Shown here: positions 43,120 through 53,406 of the stretch, one piece after another | How the letters are laid out: every line of letters starts with the position of its first letter | Numbering within the stretch: position 1 is the stretch's first letter | Assembly (NCBI GenBank): GCA_963801815.1 | Contig: CAWDGJ010000002.1 | Location: forward strand, 768,001-832,000 | From: an uncultured Verrucomicrobiae bacterium | GTDB lineage: Bacteria > Verrucomicrobiota > Verrucomicrobiia > Chthoniobacterales > UBA10450 | DNA length: 64,000 nt | Reading direction: 5' to 3' | The notes under the pieces: generated by a model | Databases searched by the model: none | Seen by the model: the letters and a program-made list of their open reading frames with translations, nothing else | What the model was told of the DNA's origin: nothing | Position numbers and translations under genes: made by a program

Positions 43120-44939
43120 TATTCCCTTTTCGCGTTTTCATTCAGTGCGGCCATGGCCGCGTCGACTTCTGCTTCATTCATCGCGCTGACTTTCCGCGCG
43201 AGAGCCTGCTCGATTCTTTTTGAAAGCTGGGCCACCGTCGGGGCATCGAACACATCGAGTAGTTTAAGCTCGGCCCCGAATACACTGCGGACATGTGCGA
43301 CGATCTGCGCTCCGAGAAGGGAGTGCGCGCCGAGATGAAAGAAATCCTCGTGTACGCTCACTCGCGATACTTTTAGCACGTCGCTGATAATTTCGGCCAG
43401 CGCCCCCTCGGTTGGATTACGAGGGGCGACAAACTCGGCATCAGTAGCACGTGTTCGAACCTCCGGCGGCGGCAACGCCGCGCGGTCGATTTTTCCGTTT
43501 GGCGTGAGCGGCATCACCTTCAGCCAAACGAATGCAGACGGTTCCATATAGTCGGGCAGTCGTTGGCGGATCACGTCGCGCAGAGATTGTTCCGTCAGTT
43601 TCGATCCGGCTTTTGGAACAACGTAGGCCACGAGCCGCTTTTCACCGAAATCGTCCTCGCGTGCAGCGACCACGCTCGCTTGCACCGATGGGTGTTGGTT
43701 AAGCACAGCGCTGATTTCGCCCGGCTCCACGCGATAACCCCGGATTTTTACCTGATCGTCAATGCGCCCTAAAAAGCTTATCTCACCAGTCGGCAGCAAA
43801 CGGCCAAGGTCTCCGGTTCGATAAAGCAGTCCGCCATCGCTGCCAAAAGGATCGGCGACAAATCGTTTTGCGGTTAAGTTCTGCCGATTCCGGTAACCGC
43901 GACCGACGCCGAGTCCTCCGATGTAAATTTCGCCGGCTGCGCCTTTAGAAACCGGTTGGAGCCGCTCGTCCAAGATATGGATGTGAACATTATCGATTGG
44001 AAATCCAACAGACGGCAACGAATCGGAGTTTTCGCTCGGCGCAATTGTCCCTGAAGTAGCGACAACAGTGCATTCCGTCGGACCGTAATTATTTACAAAC
44101 GTGAATGGAAGACCACTCGGCGGATGACGATGCAACGTGTCGGCGCCGGTGAGCAGGAAGCGTACAGCCGATTCCGCCGGCCAGGTTAAATCGAGTAACT
44201 GCTCGGCAATTGCAGTGGAGACGTAGCTGATCGTGATTCGATTTGCCACCAACCAATCTCGCAAATTTGTGGCCGACATCCGGGTCGACTCATCGGGTAT
44301 ATAAATTGTCGCCCCGGCGGCGAGATGAGGCCAGATTTCCCACACCGCGGCATCAAACGCGGTCCCCGCCTGAAAACTCGCGCGGGTGGATTGGTCCACC
44401 TTGAAGGCCCGTAAGTGCCAGTCGATCAAATTGGAAAGATTTCGGTGTGCGATCTCAACACCCTTCGGCTGCCCGGTTGAACCCGAAGTGTAGATGACAT
44501 AGGCCAGGTTCCGCGGTCGGATGTCGCTCTTGATGGGCGTCGCCGGTTGCCGTTCGATATCTTTTTGGTCCACATCCAGATTGACGGTTTTGATGTTCAA
44601 GCCAACGAAGTGGCGCGCGAGTTTCCCGTTTGTGATTACGAGCTGGACGCCCGCATCTTGAGTCACGAAACGTAATCGCTCCGACGGCTCGGCCGTCTCT
44701 ATCGGAAGATACGCGGCGCCGCATTTCATGACCGCGAGAGCAGCGATGATAAATTCCGGTGATCTTTCGAGACAGATGCCAACCAACGGTTCCGAGCCTG
44801 CCAAAGACGGAGAAAAATGATGAGCGAGCTGGTTTGCCCGGCGCTCTAACTCTCCGTAAGTCAGTGCCCCGGAATCTGATTGGACTGCGATCCGGCCGGG
44901 ACCGAGCTTGACTTGAGCAGCGATCAACGCCGGTGTCAT
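43119..44939 (-). CDS. Stand-alone NRPS adenylation-thiolation didomain
   Basis: YTSGSTGQPKG, NNYGPTE, YRTGDL, NGKIDR, FFHLGAHSL. Confidence 0.95.
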   Translation of the reverse strand: MTPALIAAQVKLGPGRIAVQSDSGALTYGELERRANQLAHHFSPSLAGSEPLVGICLERSPEFIIAALAVMKCGAAYLPIETAEPSERLRFVTQDAGVQLVITNGKLARHFVGLNIKTVNLDVDQKDIERQPATPIKSDIRPRNLAYVIYTSGSTGQPKGVEIAHRNLSNLIDWHLRAFKVDQSTRASFQAGTAFDAAVWEIWPHLAAGATIYIPDESTRMSATNLRDWLVANRITISYVSTAIAEQLLDLTWPAESAVRFLLTGADTLHRHPPSGLPFTFVNNYGPTECTVVATSGTIAPSENSDSLPSVGFPIDNVHIHILDERLQPVSKGAAGEIYIGGLGVGRGYRNRQNLTAKRFVADPFGSDGGLLYRTGDLGRLLPTGEISFLGRIDDQVKIRGYRVEPGEISAVLNQHPSVQASVVAAREDDFGEKRLVAYVVPKAGSKLTEQSLRDVIRQRLPDYMEPSAFVWLKVMPLTPNGKIDRAALPPPEVRTRATDAEFVAPRNPTEGALAEIISDVLKVSRVSVHEDFFHLGAHSLLGAQIVAHVRSVFGAELKLLDVFDAPTVAQLSKRIEQALARKVSAMNEAEVDAAMAALNENAKRE

Positions 44940-45080
44940 TTCGAGAAGTGTGAGTGGCCGTCGGACCAGTTTTTATGGTCATTCTATGAAGTTCGCCTGT
45001 AGGATCGAGTATTATCGAGCGTCTGAAGCGCCATCCGTGCCGTTGGCTTTCCGCGCTTGCGCCACATGCTAGATTGGTTT

Positions 45081-46010
45081 GTGGAAAAAGTAATCATTGT
45101 TGGCAGCGGTTGCGCAGGCCTGACTGCGGCAATCTACGCCGGGCGGGCCAATTTGGGTCCCCTCGTTTTAGAGGGACGTCAGCCCGGAGGCCAGCTTTCC
45201 ACCACCACGCTAGTCGAAAATTTTCCAGGATTTCCCGAAGGAATCGACGGACCGCAGCTGATCATGAACATGCATCAGCAGGCCGAAAAATTCGGTGCGC
45301 GCTTTTCCTACGCCGAAGTGACGGACTTCGAACCAATGAACAATCACATTCGGGTCAAAGCGGATGACGAATGGCTCGAGACGCGGGCGTTAATCATCGC
45401 CAGCGGCGCGTCGGCCCGTTATCTGGGGCTGGACGACGAGGAAAAACTGATCGGCCACGGCCTAACGAGTTGCGCGACTTGCGACGGCGCGTTCTACAAG
45501 AACGTGCCGGTGGCGGTAATCGGTGGCGGGGATTCCGCGGCCGAGGAGTCGACCTTCCTGACCCGGTTTGCCTCGAAAGTTTATCTCATCCATCGACGCG
45601 ACCAGTTGCGGGCGTCGAAAATCATGCAAGACCGTGTGTTCGCGAACAAAAAGATCGAGCCGATCTGGAACACAGTCGTTACGAAATACATTCCGGATGA
45701 AAAGGGCGAGATGTTCGCAGTCATGTTGCGCAACGTGAACACGCATGAGGAACGCGAGCTGGCCGTCTCGGCCGTTTTTGTGGCGATCGGTCACGATCCA
45801 AATACGCAAGCGTATCGCGGCAAGCTCGAGACCGATCCAGAAGGGTACTTGATTGCGAAACGTCTGGTCGAAAGCAAACATCCCGGCGTGTTTATCGCCG
45901 GTGACGTCGCGGACCGTGTTTACAAGCAAGCGGTCACGGCAGCCGGCTCGGGCTGTGCGGCCGCGCTCGAGGCGGAGAAGTACTTAAGCGAATTGGAATC
46001 GCGCTCGTGA
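45081..46010 (+). CDS. trxB: Thioredoxin reductase
   Basis: GGQL, SCATCDG, GGGDSA.EE, AGDV.D..YKQAVTAAG. Confidence 0.97.
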   Translation: MEKVIIVGSGCAGLTAAIYAGRANLGPLVLEGRQPGGQLSTTTLVENFPGFPEGIDGPQLIMNMHQQAEKFGARFSYAEVTDFEPMNNHIRVKADDEWLETRALIIASGASARYLGLDDEEKLIGHGLTSCATCDGAFYKNVPVAVIGGGDSAAEESTFLTRFASKVYLIHRRDQLRASKIMQDRVFANKKIEPIWNTVVTKYIPDEKGEMFAVMLRNVNTHEERELAVSAVFVAIGHDPNTQAYRGKLETDPEGYLIAKRLVESKHPGVFIAGDVADRVYKQAVTAAGSGCAAALEAEKYLSELESRS

Positions 46011-46065
46011 GTGACGTCCGAATTGTGGGCAAGCGGAGCGCTTGGCCTGCAACACCGTAGAGTGC

Positions 46066-47250
46066 GTGAAAGTTTGTGATCTAACCCAGTTTTATTCGCC
46101 GCGCAGCGGCGGGGTTAAGCGGTACCTGCACGAAAAGCTCGATTACATCGACCAGCATATGCCGCTCGATCAAGACGTGCTCGTTGTTCCCGGTCAGAAA
46201 ACCGGGGTCGACGTCCGCGGAAGATCGCGGATTTACACAATCCGATCACCGCTGATTTCGAGGACCGGTCGTTATCGGGCACTGGTGAATCTCCGCGCGG
46301 TGGGCAGAATTTTGAAGAGTGAGCGGCCGGACATTATCGAGTCGGGTGATCCTTATCAACTTGGCTGGAAAGCAGTTCGCGCCGGCCGCGCGCTGAACAT
46401 TCCGGTTGTCGGCTTTTATCATTCGCATTTTCCGGAAGCGTATTTGCGGGCCAGCGCGAAGCTTCTGGGAAAACGGGCCGCTGGACGCGTGATGAAGTTA
46501 TCTCGGGGTTACGTGCGCCGGCTCTACAACCGGTTCTCCGTTACACTGGTGGCGTCGGACCGGTTGGCAAAGGTGCTCAACGATTGGGGCGTGCACAACG
46601 TCCGGGTTGTGAAACTCGGAGTTAACGTCGACACCTTTCACCCGGACGAACGTCATCGGGGCTCGGTTCGGAGTTCGTTGGGGATCGCACCTCGCCGGAA
46701 GCTGCTGCTTTACGTTGGACGACTCGCGAAAGAAAAGAACACCGCCAGACTCTTCAACGCCTATTCGATTTTGAATCAACGAAAGCCAGATGCGTTTCAC
46801 CTGCTGGTGATCGGCGAAGGACCACAGCGCAGCCAACTGCGCCGGTTACAGCAAGAGCAGCGGAGCGTTTCGTGGATCCAATATTGCGCGGAGCCGGGCG
46901 ACCTGGCCCGCTATTATCGAGCAGCCGATTTGTTCGTTCATCCGGGCGTGCAGGAAACATTTGGACTCGTCGCGTTGGAAAGTCAGGCTTGCGGCACACC
47001 GGTCGTTGGAATCCGAGGCACGGCGCTGGACGATTTGATCTTTCATGATCAGAGCGGCTGGGCGAACGAGAACACCGCGGAATCGCTGGCCGAAGCGGTC
47101 GAGCGATTCAGTGCGCGGGACTTGCCGACCCTCGGGAAAGAAGCCGCCGAGCAGGCGGCGCGGTTGCATGCCTGGCCGAAGGTCTTTGAACGCCTTTTTT
47201 GCATTTACCGCGAGGTATGTGCAGACTACAAAGGAAATTCGCAAAAATGA
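46066..47250 (+). CDS. Glycosyltransferase family 4
   Basis: YVGRLAKEK, ETFGLVALESQACGTPV. Confidence 0.92.
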   Translation: MKVCDLTQFYSPRSGGVKRYLHEKLDYIDQHMPLDQDVLVVPGQKTGVDVRGRSRIYTIRSPLISRTGRYRALVNLRAVGRILKSERPDIIESGDPYQLGWKAVRAGRALNIPVVGFYHSHFPEAYLRASAKLLGKRAAGRVMKLSRGYVRRLYNRFSVTLVASDRLAKVLNDWGVHNVRVVKLGVNVDTFHPDERHRGSVRSSLGIAPRRKLLLYVGRLAKEKNTARLFNAYSILNQRKPDAFHLLVIGEGPQRSQLRRLQQEQRSVSWIQYCAEPGDLARYYRAADLFVHPGVQETFGLVALESQACGTPVVGIRGTALDDLIFHDQSGWANENTAESLAEAVERFSARDLPTLGKEAAEQAARLHAWPKVFERLFCIYREVCADYKGNSQK

Positions 47251-47933
47251 GCACCGACAACTCATTCACTATCCGCAGTTATCGCAAAACCGACCGCGAG
47301 GCGGTGCGACAGCTGTGTTGCGACACTGGATTTCTGGGAGCTCCAATCGATCCCGTCTACGAAGATCGACGATTGTTCGCTGACTTTCTCACCACCTATT
47401 ACACGGATTGGGAACCGGAGTCCTCTTTCGTGATTGAAATCAATGGGGAAATCCGTGGCTACCTCCTTGGCTCGCGGAAGCCGTTGCGCAATCAGCTCTA
47501 CTCATTTTGGCAGAATATTTCGCTCTTTTTGAAGGCGCTGACTCGCTACTTTCGTTACAACGTCGCGTCGCGTCGCTTCGTGCGTTGGATTTTAGTGAAT
47601 GGTTGGCGCGAAGTGCCGGCCGCACCACGGCGGGTTCCGCATTTCCACATCAACCTGCTTCCGGACGCGCGGAAAATGTCGACCACGCGCGCACTCATGA
47701 GCGCGTACCTAAGTTACCTTTATCGCTGCGGCGAAAAACGCGTCTACGGACAGATCGTCACGTTTGAAAGTCGGCGCGGAGAACAAATGTTCGAGCGTTA
47801 CGGCTTTAAAGTTTTGAACCGCGCCGAGATCACGAAGTACAAGGCGTTTTATCCGCAATCAGTTTATCTCAGCACCGTGATCAAGAACCTGGAAACGGCC
47901 GAGCCGCTGCGGGTGACGTCGCGCTCGCGCTGA
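47247..47933 (+). CDS. GNAT-family N-acetyltransferase
   Basis: IRSYR..DR, GYLLG, HFHINLLP, FERYGF. Confidence 0.8.
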   Translation: MSTDNSFTIRSYRKTDREAVRQLCCDTGFLGAPIDPVYEDRRLFADFLTTYYTDWEPESSFVIEINGEIRGYLLGSRKPLRNQLYSFWQNISLFLKALTRYFRYNVASRRFVRWILVNGWREVPAAPRRVPHFHINLLPDARKMSTTRALMSAYLSYLYRCGEKRVYGQIVTFESRRGEQMFERYGFKVLNRAEITKYKAFYPQSVYLSTVIKNLETAEPLRVTSRSR

Positions 47934-47940
47934 CTTTTTG

Positions 47941-50352
47941 TCAGGGCGCTATTGGGAGCCGGATTCGCGGGCAGCGCCGTGATAGTGCGGCAAAAGCCAG
48001 CGTCGCGACGATACTAATTCCCGTGCCGAGATACAAAAATGGGGGAGAATAAAAAAGTTCGACGCTATGCATGCCCGCTGGTAACGGGACGCCAAGCAAA
48101 CCGATATCAGCTCGGACGACTGGTACGGACTTGTCGTCGACTCTGGTGTGCCAGCCATCGTCAAATGGCATTTGAAACAGGAGCACGCTGTCACGATCGA
48201 CGCTTACGTTGCCGGTAATTCGCGTTTCGCGGAAGGTGCTTAGACTCAGAGCATGCGAACGCAGGCGCGCGAGAGCGTCTGTGTCAGAAATATCACGCAA
48301 CTGCTGCTCAAGCTCATCAAGGCCAATTTTTTTGATCTGCAGATTGGACAACCTTGCTCCATCTCCAATGACTAGCGCATGCTGGAACGCCCTTTGTTTT
48401 GTCCATTTTGGCATTTGCGAGAAAGCTTCTTCTGGGAACCAGCTGTCGAATGCAACCCCAAGCGGCACAAAGGCAGTATTGCGAAAGACGTAAATGTCGT
48501 CGTAACGATTAAGGAATTCGTAGTGATCAGCGGGTGCGAAACGGTCCGGCTCCTGTGTGATGAGAAACTTCTCGCAAGCGAACGCGGACAGGAGCGGTTC
48601 CCAAAGCAAACCAGTGGACCATTGAGCGTCAGTCGGGAGGTTGTCGGCTGGAATTGCTTCGGTTCCGAGCAGGAATCTCACGTAGTCGAGGTTGTTGAAC
48701 GAGCTATAGGACATCGTTCCGTAGTAGCCGAAAACCATCGCGTCGTTATAGCTGATCCGATTTGCCAGGCCGGATCCCCAAGTTTTGTTGATGCGAAAGA
48801 AGGTGCGCTCGTCCGTCCCGTTGATATCGCGCAATGCTTCAATTGTGTGATCGTTATAACCCTTGCGTTGTCGCAAGTCTTCCTTGCTCAAAGTCGGACG
48901 ATTTACAGTAAGCTCGTCAAAATAGACGAGGTTGATAAGGCCAATCAGGGCAACGATCCAACCTGCCAGTTTTTGTCGCTCAAAAAATTGACCAGCCGCC
49001 AGCATGGCAGCCATCAGCCCTAGCGTAATCGCGGCTAGCTGCCGTATGCCTGGATCGACAACCGTTTGCTCCAAAGGAATCGGTAGATAGAGAAAGCTGA
49101 CCAACGCCAGTACAGTACCAATTAACACCCAGTAATTTAGTCTGCGCTCTTCCTGATACGCGGAAAACGCTCGCATGCTCAGCAAGATAAATCCGAAGAT
49201 CGAAAAGAGAGAGAAAGCCCGAAAATATCCGCCTTTAAAAAACCAAAGTGCGTAACGAAACCATGGAAAGAGCACTGGGATGAGAATGATGACGAGAAAG
49301 AGAATGTAAGCGACCCGTTCCCGTTTCGTAACGGTGAGAAAAATCTGGGGCCACATTAGGAGAGTGATCAAACCGCAAAATGCCACGGGCGCTTCGAAAT
49401 AATTTTCCCACCCGTGAAATTGGTCACCCGAGCCAAGAATATCGTTTGAGAACGGGCGCATTGCCGCCGTCAAATAGTAGGCGAGAGATTCCAAATGAAA
49501 TATATTTCCGGGAGAAGCTGCAAAAGCGAAGTTTGGGATCGTTCCCGAGCCTCGCGGGGTATTGAGAATGCAGTGCAAACTGCCAATCCAAATTACAGCA
49601 CCCAAGCCAACTCCAAGGAGGCAGCTAACTCCGATTTGTGTTGCGGCCCACGCCCACGTTCGCGGATTCCATCCATGGATTTCGATTAACCGGGCCGGGA
49701 CGTAACAGATAAGAACCAGCGCCGCCAGGAAGAGATGAAACACTGTTATTAGCCCCACTAACGCGATGGCGAATGGTAGATAGAACCAGCGGCCGCTGCT
49801 GATGGCGCTTTCGCCGGCAAAAAGCAAGAACGCGAAACCAACGACTTCATCCGCGTTGATGATCCAGCAGCTTCCCATACACATGTAGGCTGAAAATGCG
49901 AGGAATAGCGAGCCGAGTAAGGAGCTGCAAAAATTCAGGCCTCGAATCTGGAGGTAACGAAAGAAAATCAGTCCGGCGATTAGAGTTTTCAGCAGATGTT
50001 GAAAGATCAATGCGTCCGCGATGAATCTTTTCGGCAACCAAATCACCGGCTCCCAGATCAGGTCGCCGGCAAGGTAAAAAATGCTTTGGCCCATACCGAC
50101 AGAAAATGACCAGGACGGAAAACCTTCGTGCCGGACGTAGTCGGAGAGATGGACGAGAGTCGGATAATAATCGTTCAGCGAGTCAGCACCGATATCCAGG
50201 TACAAAGGGAGTCTGTCCCTCCACAGGAAATCGTGAAAGATAACAGCGCCGGCCAAAGTTAGGGCTAACGCAACTATCAAATCGGGAATGAATTTCTTCG
50301 CGCCGGCGTCCTTCCGTGCAGGCCCGGGAGCCAGCGAACACGCCCCGATCAT
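47941..50352 (-). CDS. YfhO-family (GT-C-like) membrane protein
   Basis: Polytopic N-terminus; C-terminal PFDDGW..VD...G.P.PAG.H.VEL.Y.P. Confidence 0.85.
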   Translation of the reverse strand: MIGACSLAPGPARKDAGAKKFIPDLIVALALTLAGAVIFHDFLWRDRLPLYLDIGADSLNDYYPTLVHLSDYVRHEGFPSWSFSVGMGQSIFYLAGDLIWEPVIWLPKRFIADALIFQHLLKTLIAGLIFFRYLQIRGLNFCSSLLGSLFLAFSAYMCMGSCWIINADEVVGFAFLLFAGESAISSGRWFYLPFAIALVGLITVFHLFLAALVLICYVPARLIEIHGWNPRTWAWAATQIGVSCLLGVGLGAVIWIGSLHCILNTPRGSGTIPNFAFAASPGNIFHLESLAYYLTAAMRPFSNDILGSGDQFHGWENYFEAPVAFCGLITLLMWPQIFLTVTKRERVAYILFLVIILIPVLFPWFRYALWFFKGGYFRAFSLFSIFGFILLSMRAFSAYQEERRLNYWVLIGTVLALVSFLYLPIPLEQTVVDPGIRQLAAITLGLMAAMLAAGQFFERQKLAGWIVALIGLINLVYFDELTVNRPTLSKEDLRQRKGYNDHTIEALRDINGTDERTFFRINKTWGSGLANRISYNDAMVFGYYGTMSYSSFNNLDYVRFLLGTEAIPADNLPTDAQWSTGLLWEPLLSAFACEKFLITQEPDRFAPADHYEFLNRYDDIYVFRNTAFVPLGVAFDSWFPEEAFSQMPKWTKQRAFQHALVIGDGARLSNLQIKKIGLDELEQQLRDISDTDALARLRSHALSLSTFRETRITGNVSVDRDSVLLFQMPFDDGWHTRVDDKSVPVVRADIGLLGVPLPAGMHSVELFYSPPFLYLGTGISIVATLAFAALSRRCPRIRLPIAP

Positions 50353-50422
50353 AAAACTAAAGCCTTTTTTATAGGAGCGATCGCTCGCGGCCTCATTCCA
50401 GTTCGAGATTATCCGGCTCTTT

Positions 50423-51904
50423 TTAAAGATGAAACCAATTATGCTCGCTCGTGAAAACGCTGTGCTTCACCATCATCTCCGAAATTGATGCGATAATCAT
50501 CATCAAACCGACTCCGATCCACGCCGGAAAGCCAATCCTGAGACGGCGAACAAACTCGCTGACGCCATAAGCGAACAAAAGAGCGAACGGCACCAACGCT
50601 CCGAGCATCAATCGTCCGGATGTGAAGTACGGATGATCCCGAGATGGAAAAATGCAACGACCAAAATCGAATTCGATCGACAGCAGAAAGAAAAGTGAGA
50701 TCGCCGCTATAAAGCCGATTGCTGCGAAGAGAAGAGCCTGCGATTGAAAATTGGAGCGCAATTGACCTGGGCGGATTGAAATAAACGCCATCGCAATAAA
50801 GATCAAAGATGAGATGGCGTAAAAATTATCTACCAAGTGAGAATGAAGCTCACGATTATGCCACATCAATTCTCCGCGCCAGAATCGTGCGATCAGTTCC
50901 GACCAAAACGTCCACAATCCACGGAGAGAAAAGATCGGATGGTGCAACCATTCGGAAAAGGGCTTTCGCGTCCAGTCCAATAACGCCATTTTAGTATTAG
51001 AACCGGTGATATCGCCAAAGTTTGTGCGACACCAATGCATCCAACTAAGAATTGGAACTCCCGCGCAAAGGGCCATAAACACGAAGGCGACAATGGTCGA
51101 TCGATCCCGTCGGTGAGTGGGAAGCAGGCAAAGGACAAGGATCGTTCCAACTGCGCTCGTGATTAGCGGCAAGTTACTCAACTTCGTCAGGAACGTCGCG
51201 GCGATGGCGAGACCGGTGACGGCGCCCAAGTAAACAGTCGGCGGTTTGGACAACCATTGCAGAATGCAAAGGAAAACAATGGCGAAACAGACCGGGGACA
51301 ACACATCATTGGTCATCACGTAGAAAGCGTCTTGTGGAATCAACGCGAGCACGAGCGCGGTCCCAATCGGTAGGCTTGTAGATCCCGGGGCGATTATCCG
51401 GCCGGCGCAAAAGCCGATTGCGACCAGGATGGCCACCAATAGTGCATTCAAAAAACGGATCCAGTACAAGCCTTGAATACCGTTCAATCCAAAAAGCTGC
51501 CCTGTTTTCCACCAGAGAGCTGCCAGCGCATAATAAAGTGGAGGTTGTGATACCTCCCAATTTATTTCGCTGCTCCAAGCCGTTTTTGTTACATCGATGA
51601 CTGGCTTCGCTTCGACCAGTGGCTGTTTCCACAAAGGCTCGGGAAATTTTCCGTCCTGAAACTGATCAGGCGTGTGAATAAATTCGGGAGAAGCGTAAAG
51701 GCTGATGAGATTTAATGCATAGCTGCTAAGCACGTCGAAATTGCGAGGAACGCGACCGTCGGAATAACGCGCGATCACGTCGAAGTGAAGATCTTCGTCG
51801 CCATTACTGAAAAATGGGAACCCCGCCGCGTAGAGAAAAGTCCGCAGCGCTCCTACCAGGCACAACAGCGCTATCAGCCACCGTTCGTCTCGCCACATCT
51901 TCAT
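50423..51904 (-). CDS. DUF2142/GT39-like GT-C membrane glycosyltransferase
   Basis: P.F...DE..H, QPPLYY, NDV, LTK. Confidence 0.75.
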   Translation of the reverse strand: MKMWRDERWLIALLCLVGALRTFLYAAGFPFFSNGDEDLHFDVIARYSDGRVPRNFDVLSSYALNLISLYASPEFIHTPDQFQDGKFPEPLWKQPLVEAKPVIDVTKTAWSSEINWEVSQPPLYYALAALWWKTGQLFGLNGIQGLYWIRFLNALLVAILVAIGFCAGRIIAPGSTSLPIGTALVLALIPQDAFYVMTNDVLSPVCFAIVFLCILQWLSKPPTVYLGAVTGLAIAATFLTKLSNLPLITSAVGTILVLCLLPTHRRDRSTIVAFVFMALCAGVPILSWMHWCRTNFGDITGSNTKMALLDWTRKPFSEWLHHPIFSLRGLWTFWSELIARFWRGELMWHNRELHSHLVDNFYAISSLIFIAMAFISIRPGQLRSNFQSQALLFAAIGFIAAISLFFLLSIEFDFGRCIFPSRDHPYFTSGRLMLGALVPFALLFAYGVSEFVRRLRIGFPAWIGVGLMMIIASISEMMVKHSVFTSEHNWFHL

Positions 51905-52082
51905 GCTGCCCGGGTCGTTACGGGCGAGGTTTGCTTTGCGCCTGTCAAAAGCGTTTCGAAATGGTGTCTGCGAATCTGAATTAGCACTCCGATTCTTAGC
52001 CTAAGACCGCTGGCCATACTAATCATGCGAACGTTGCTTCCTGGCTTTGTTAAAAACGGAGGACCGACGGCAATGTCCATTG

Positions 52083-52111
52083 TTGTCGTAGCTGAGACTC
52101 TACGCTACTTT
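52083..52111 (+). promoter_or_regulatory. Sigma70-type promoter upstream of the tRNA-Thr 5' fragment
   Basis: TTGTCG-N17-TACTTT. Confidence 0.5.
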
Positions 52112-52126
52112 CTCGCCGCATTTTTT

Positions 52127-52165
52127 GCCGGCATAGTTCAGTTGGTAGAGCAGCTGATTTGTAAT
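52127..52165 (+). pseudogene. tRNA-Thr 5' half (att-like duplication)
   Basis: 38 of 39 nt identical to 55474-55512; identity ends just after the anticodon loop. Confidence 0.9.
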
Positions 52166-52488
52166 TCAAGCCTAACGAGTTGCGCAGTTTTTCACAGCGT
52201 TGCACACGTGCTTTTCATAGGTGGCCTAACGAACCCGATTTGCAGCGCGTGGCGGATATTTGCGTAGTTTTGCGGCAAAAAATATCGCCAGCCGTAGAAA
52301 ACGACCGTGAACGTTTTTGGCCTGCGCGCGCGGAATGGGTCAGGACGAAGCCGTTGACTCACACGATGTCCGGAATGATAATGGTCGCTAAGGGGAGGAA
52401 GGTATGACCACGGAGAACTTCCATTTATCGGCTGCTTGTTGTCGACGACGATCTTGCTGCCAGGGTTATTGAAGAAAGGTGAACGACG

Positions 52489-53028
52489 ATGGACGAGGTC
52501 ATTCTTGCCGAACTTGGCGATTATCTACTCGCGCACTCGAACGAAATCATTGACGAATGGCTGCGAGCTGTCGAACGCAACGTTGGCATGATCAGGTCTA
52601 GATGTCTTCCGCGCAACGAGCGCATCGATCATCTGCCGCAGCTTCTCCAGAAGCTGGCGGAGCTGCTTAAGTCTCCGCAATCGGTGCAAAACAGCCTCGA
52701 GATGTCTCACGCTGCGCGAGTCCATGGAGAATATCGGTGGCGACAAGGTTACCGGCTCGACGACGTCATATGCGAGGCGAGCATCGTTCGGCGGATTCTG
52801 TTCCATAATTGGATGGATGCGTTCGCGCGGCAAGCACCACAGTTCGAAGGGGCAACTCGAAGAGTTGTCGAAAATATCATCCACCAAGTCGTCGACGATG
52901 TCGTTGCTAACTCAACCGAACAATTTGTCGAAGAACAGGAAAGGATGATCTACCTCTTAAACTCCGAACTGGCCGATGCCCTCGCCGAAGTGCGTGAGCG
53001 CCGCGTTCTTAGCGGTTCAGTAGGGTAG
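52489..53028 (+). CDS. Stand-alone RsbRD N-terminal (globin-like sensor) domain protein
   Basis: IIDEW...DHLP.LL..LA...A.VHG.YRW.QGY.L..V..E...R, as in histidine-kinase N-terminal domains. Confidence 0.65.
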   Translation: MDEVILAELGDYLLAHSNEIIDEWLRAVERNVGMIRSRCLPRNERIDHLPQLLQKLAELLKSPQSVQNSLEMSHAARVHGEYRWRQGYRLDDVICEASIVRRILFHNWMDAFARQAPQFEGATRRVVENIIHQVVDDVVANSTEQFVEEQERMIYLLNSELADALAEVRERRVLSGSVG

Positions 53029-53406
53029 CAATTCCGCCGGTTCCCTCGAATTGTTGAACCTAAGGGGAGTGTGATGCTCCAAGGCTGCAGGACTTTTCGC
53101 GCGCGCGTGGAAAAGTAGCTGGCTCTCTTTCACGCGCGGGAAAGGGCGGGGTCGGTTCGACGCAACACGAAGTACCGAATTTTCTTCAAAGGGCGGATCG
53201 CCGCGACGCGGGCCTCGTCTTTGGGTCGTGTGCGCCCAGCGGCCCTTCGTGAAAGCTGCCGCTCAGAATGATTGCGTCTTCGCCAGAGCAGGGATTGTCG
53301 CCCATCGCGACGAGCGTTCAATTGTGGCTCGATGTACAACATATGGCATATATTGTGCTATTTCGATCAGGCGACTACGAGTAATAGTGGTTTCTCCGAA
53401 ATTGGA

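Noticed and set aside
51981..51989. TTAGCACTC CIRCE half-site
   Set aside because: No second half 9 nt downstream and no heat-shock gene nearby
52166..52400. Group I intron in the tRNA-Thr anticodon loop
   Set aside because: No intron core motifs recognised, and no lone 3' exon follows; the downstream copy is a full tRNA
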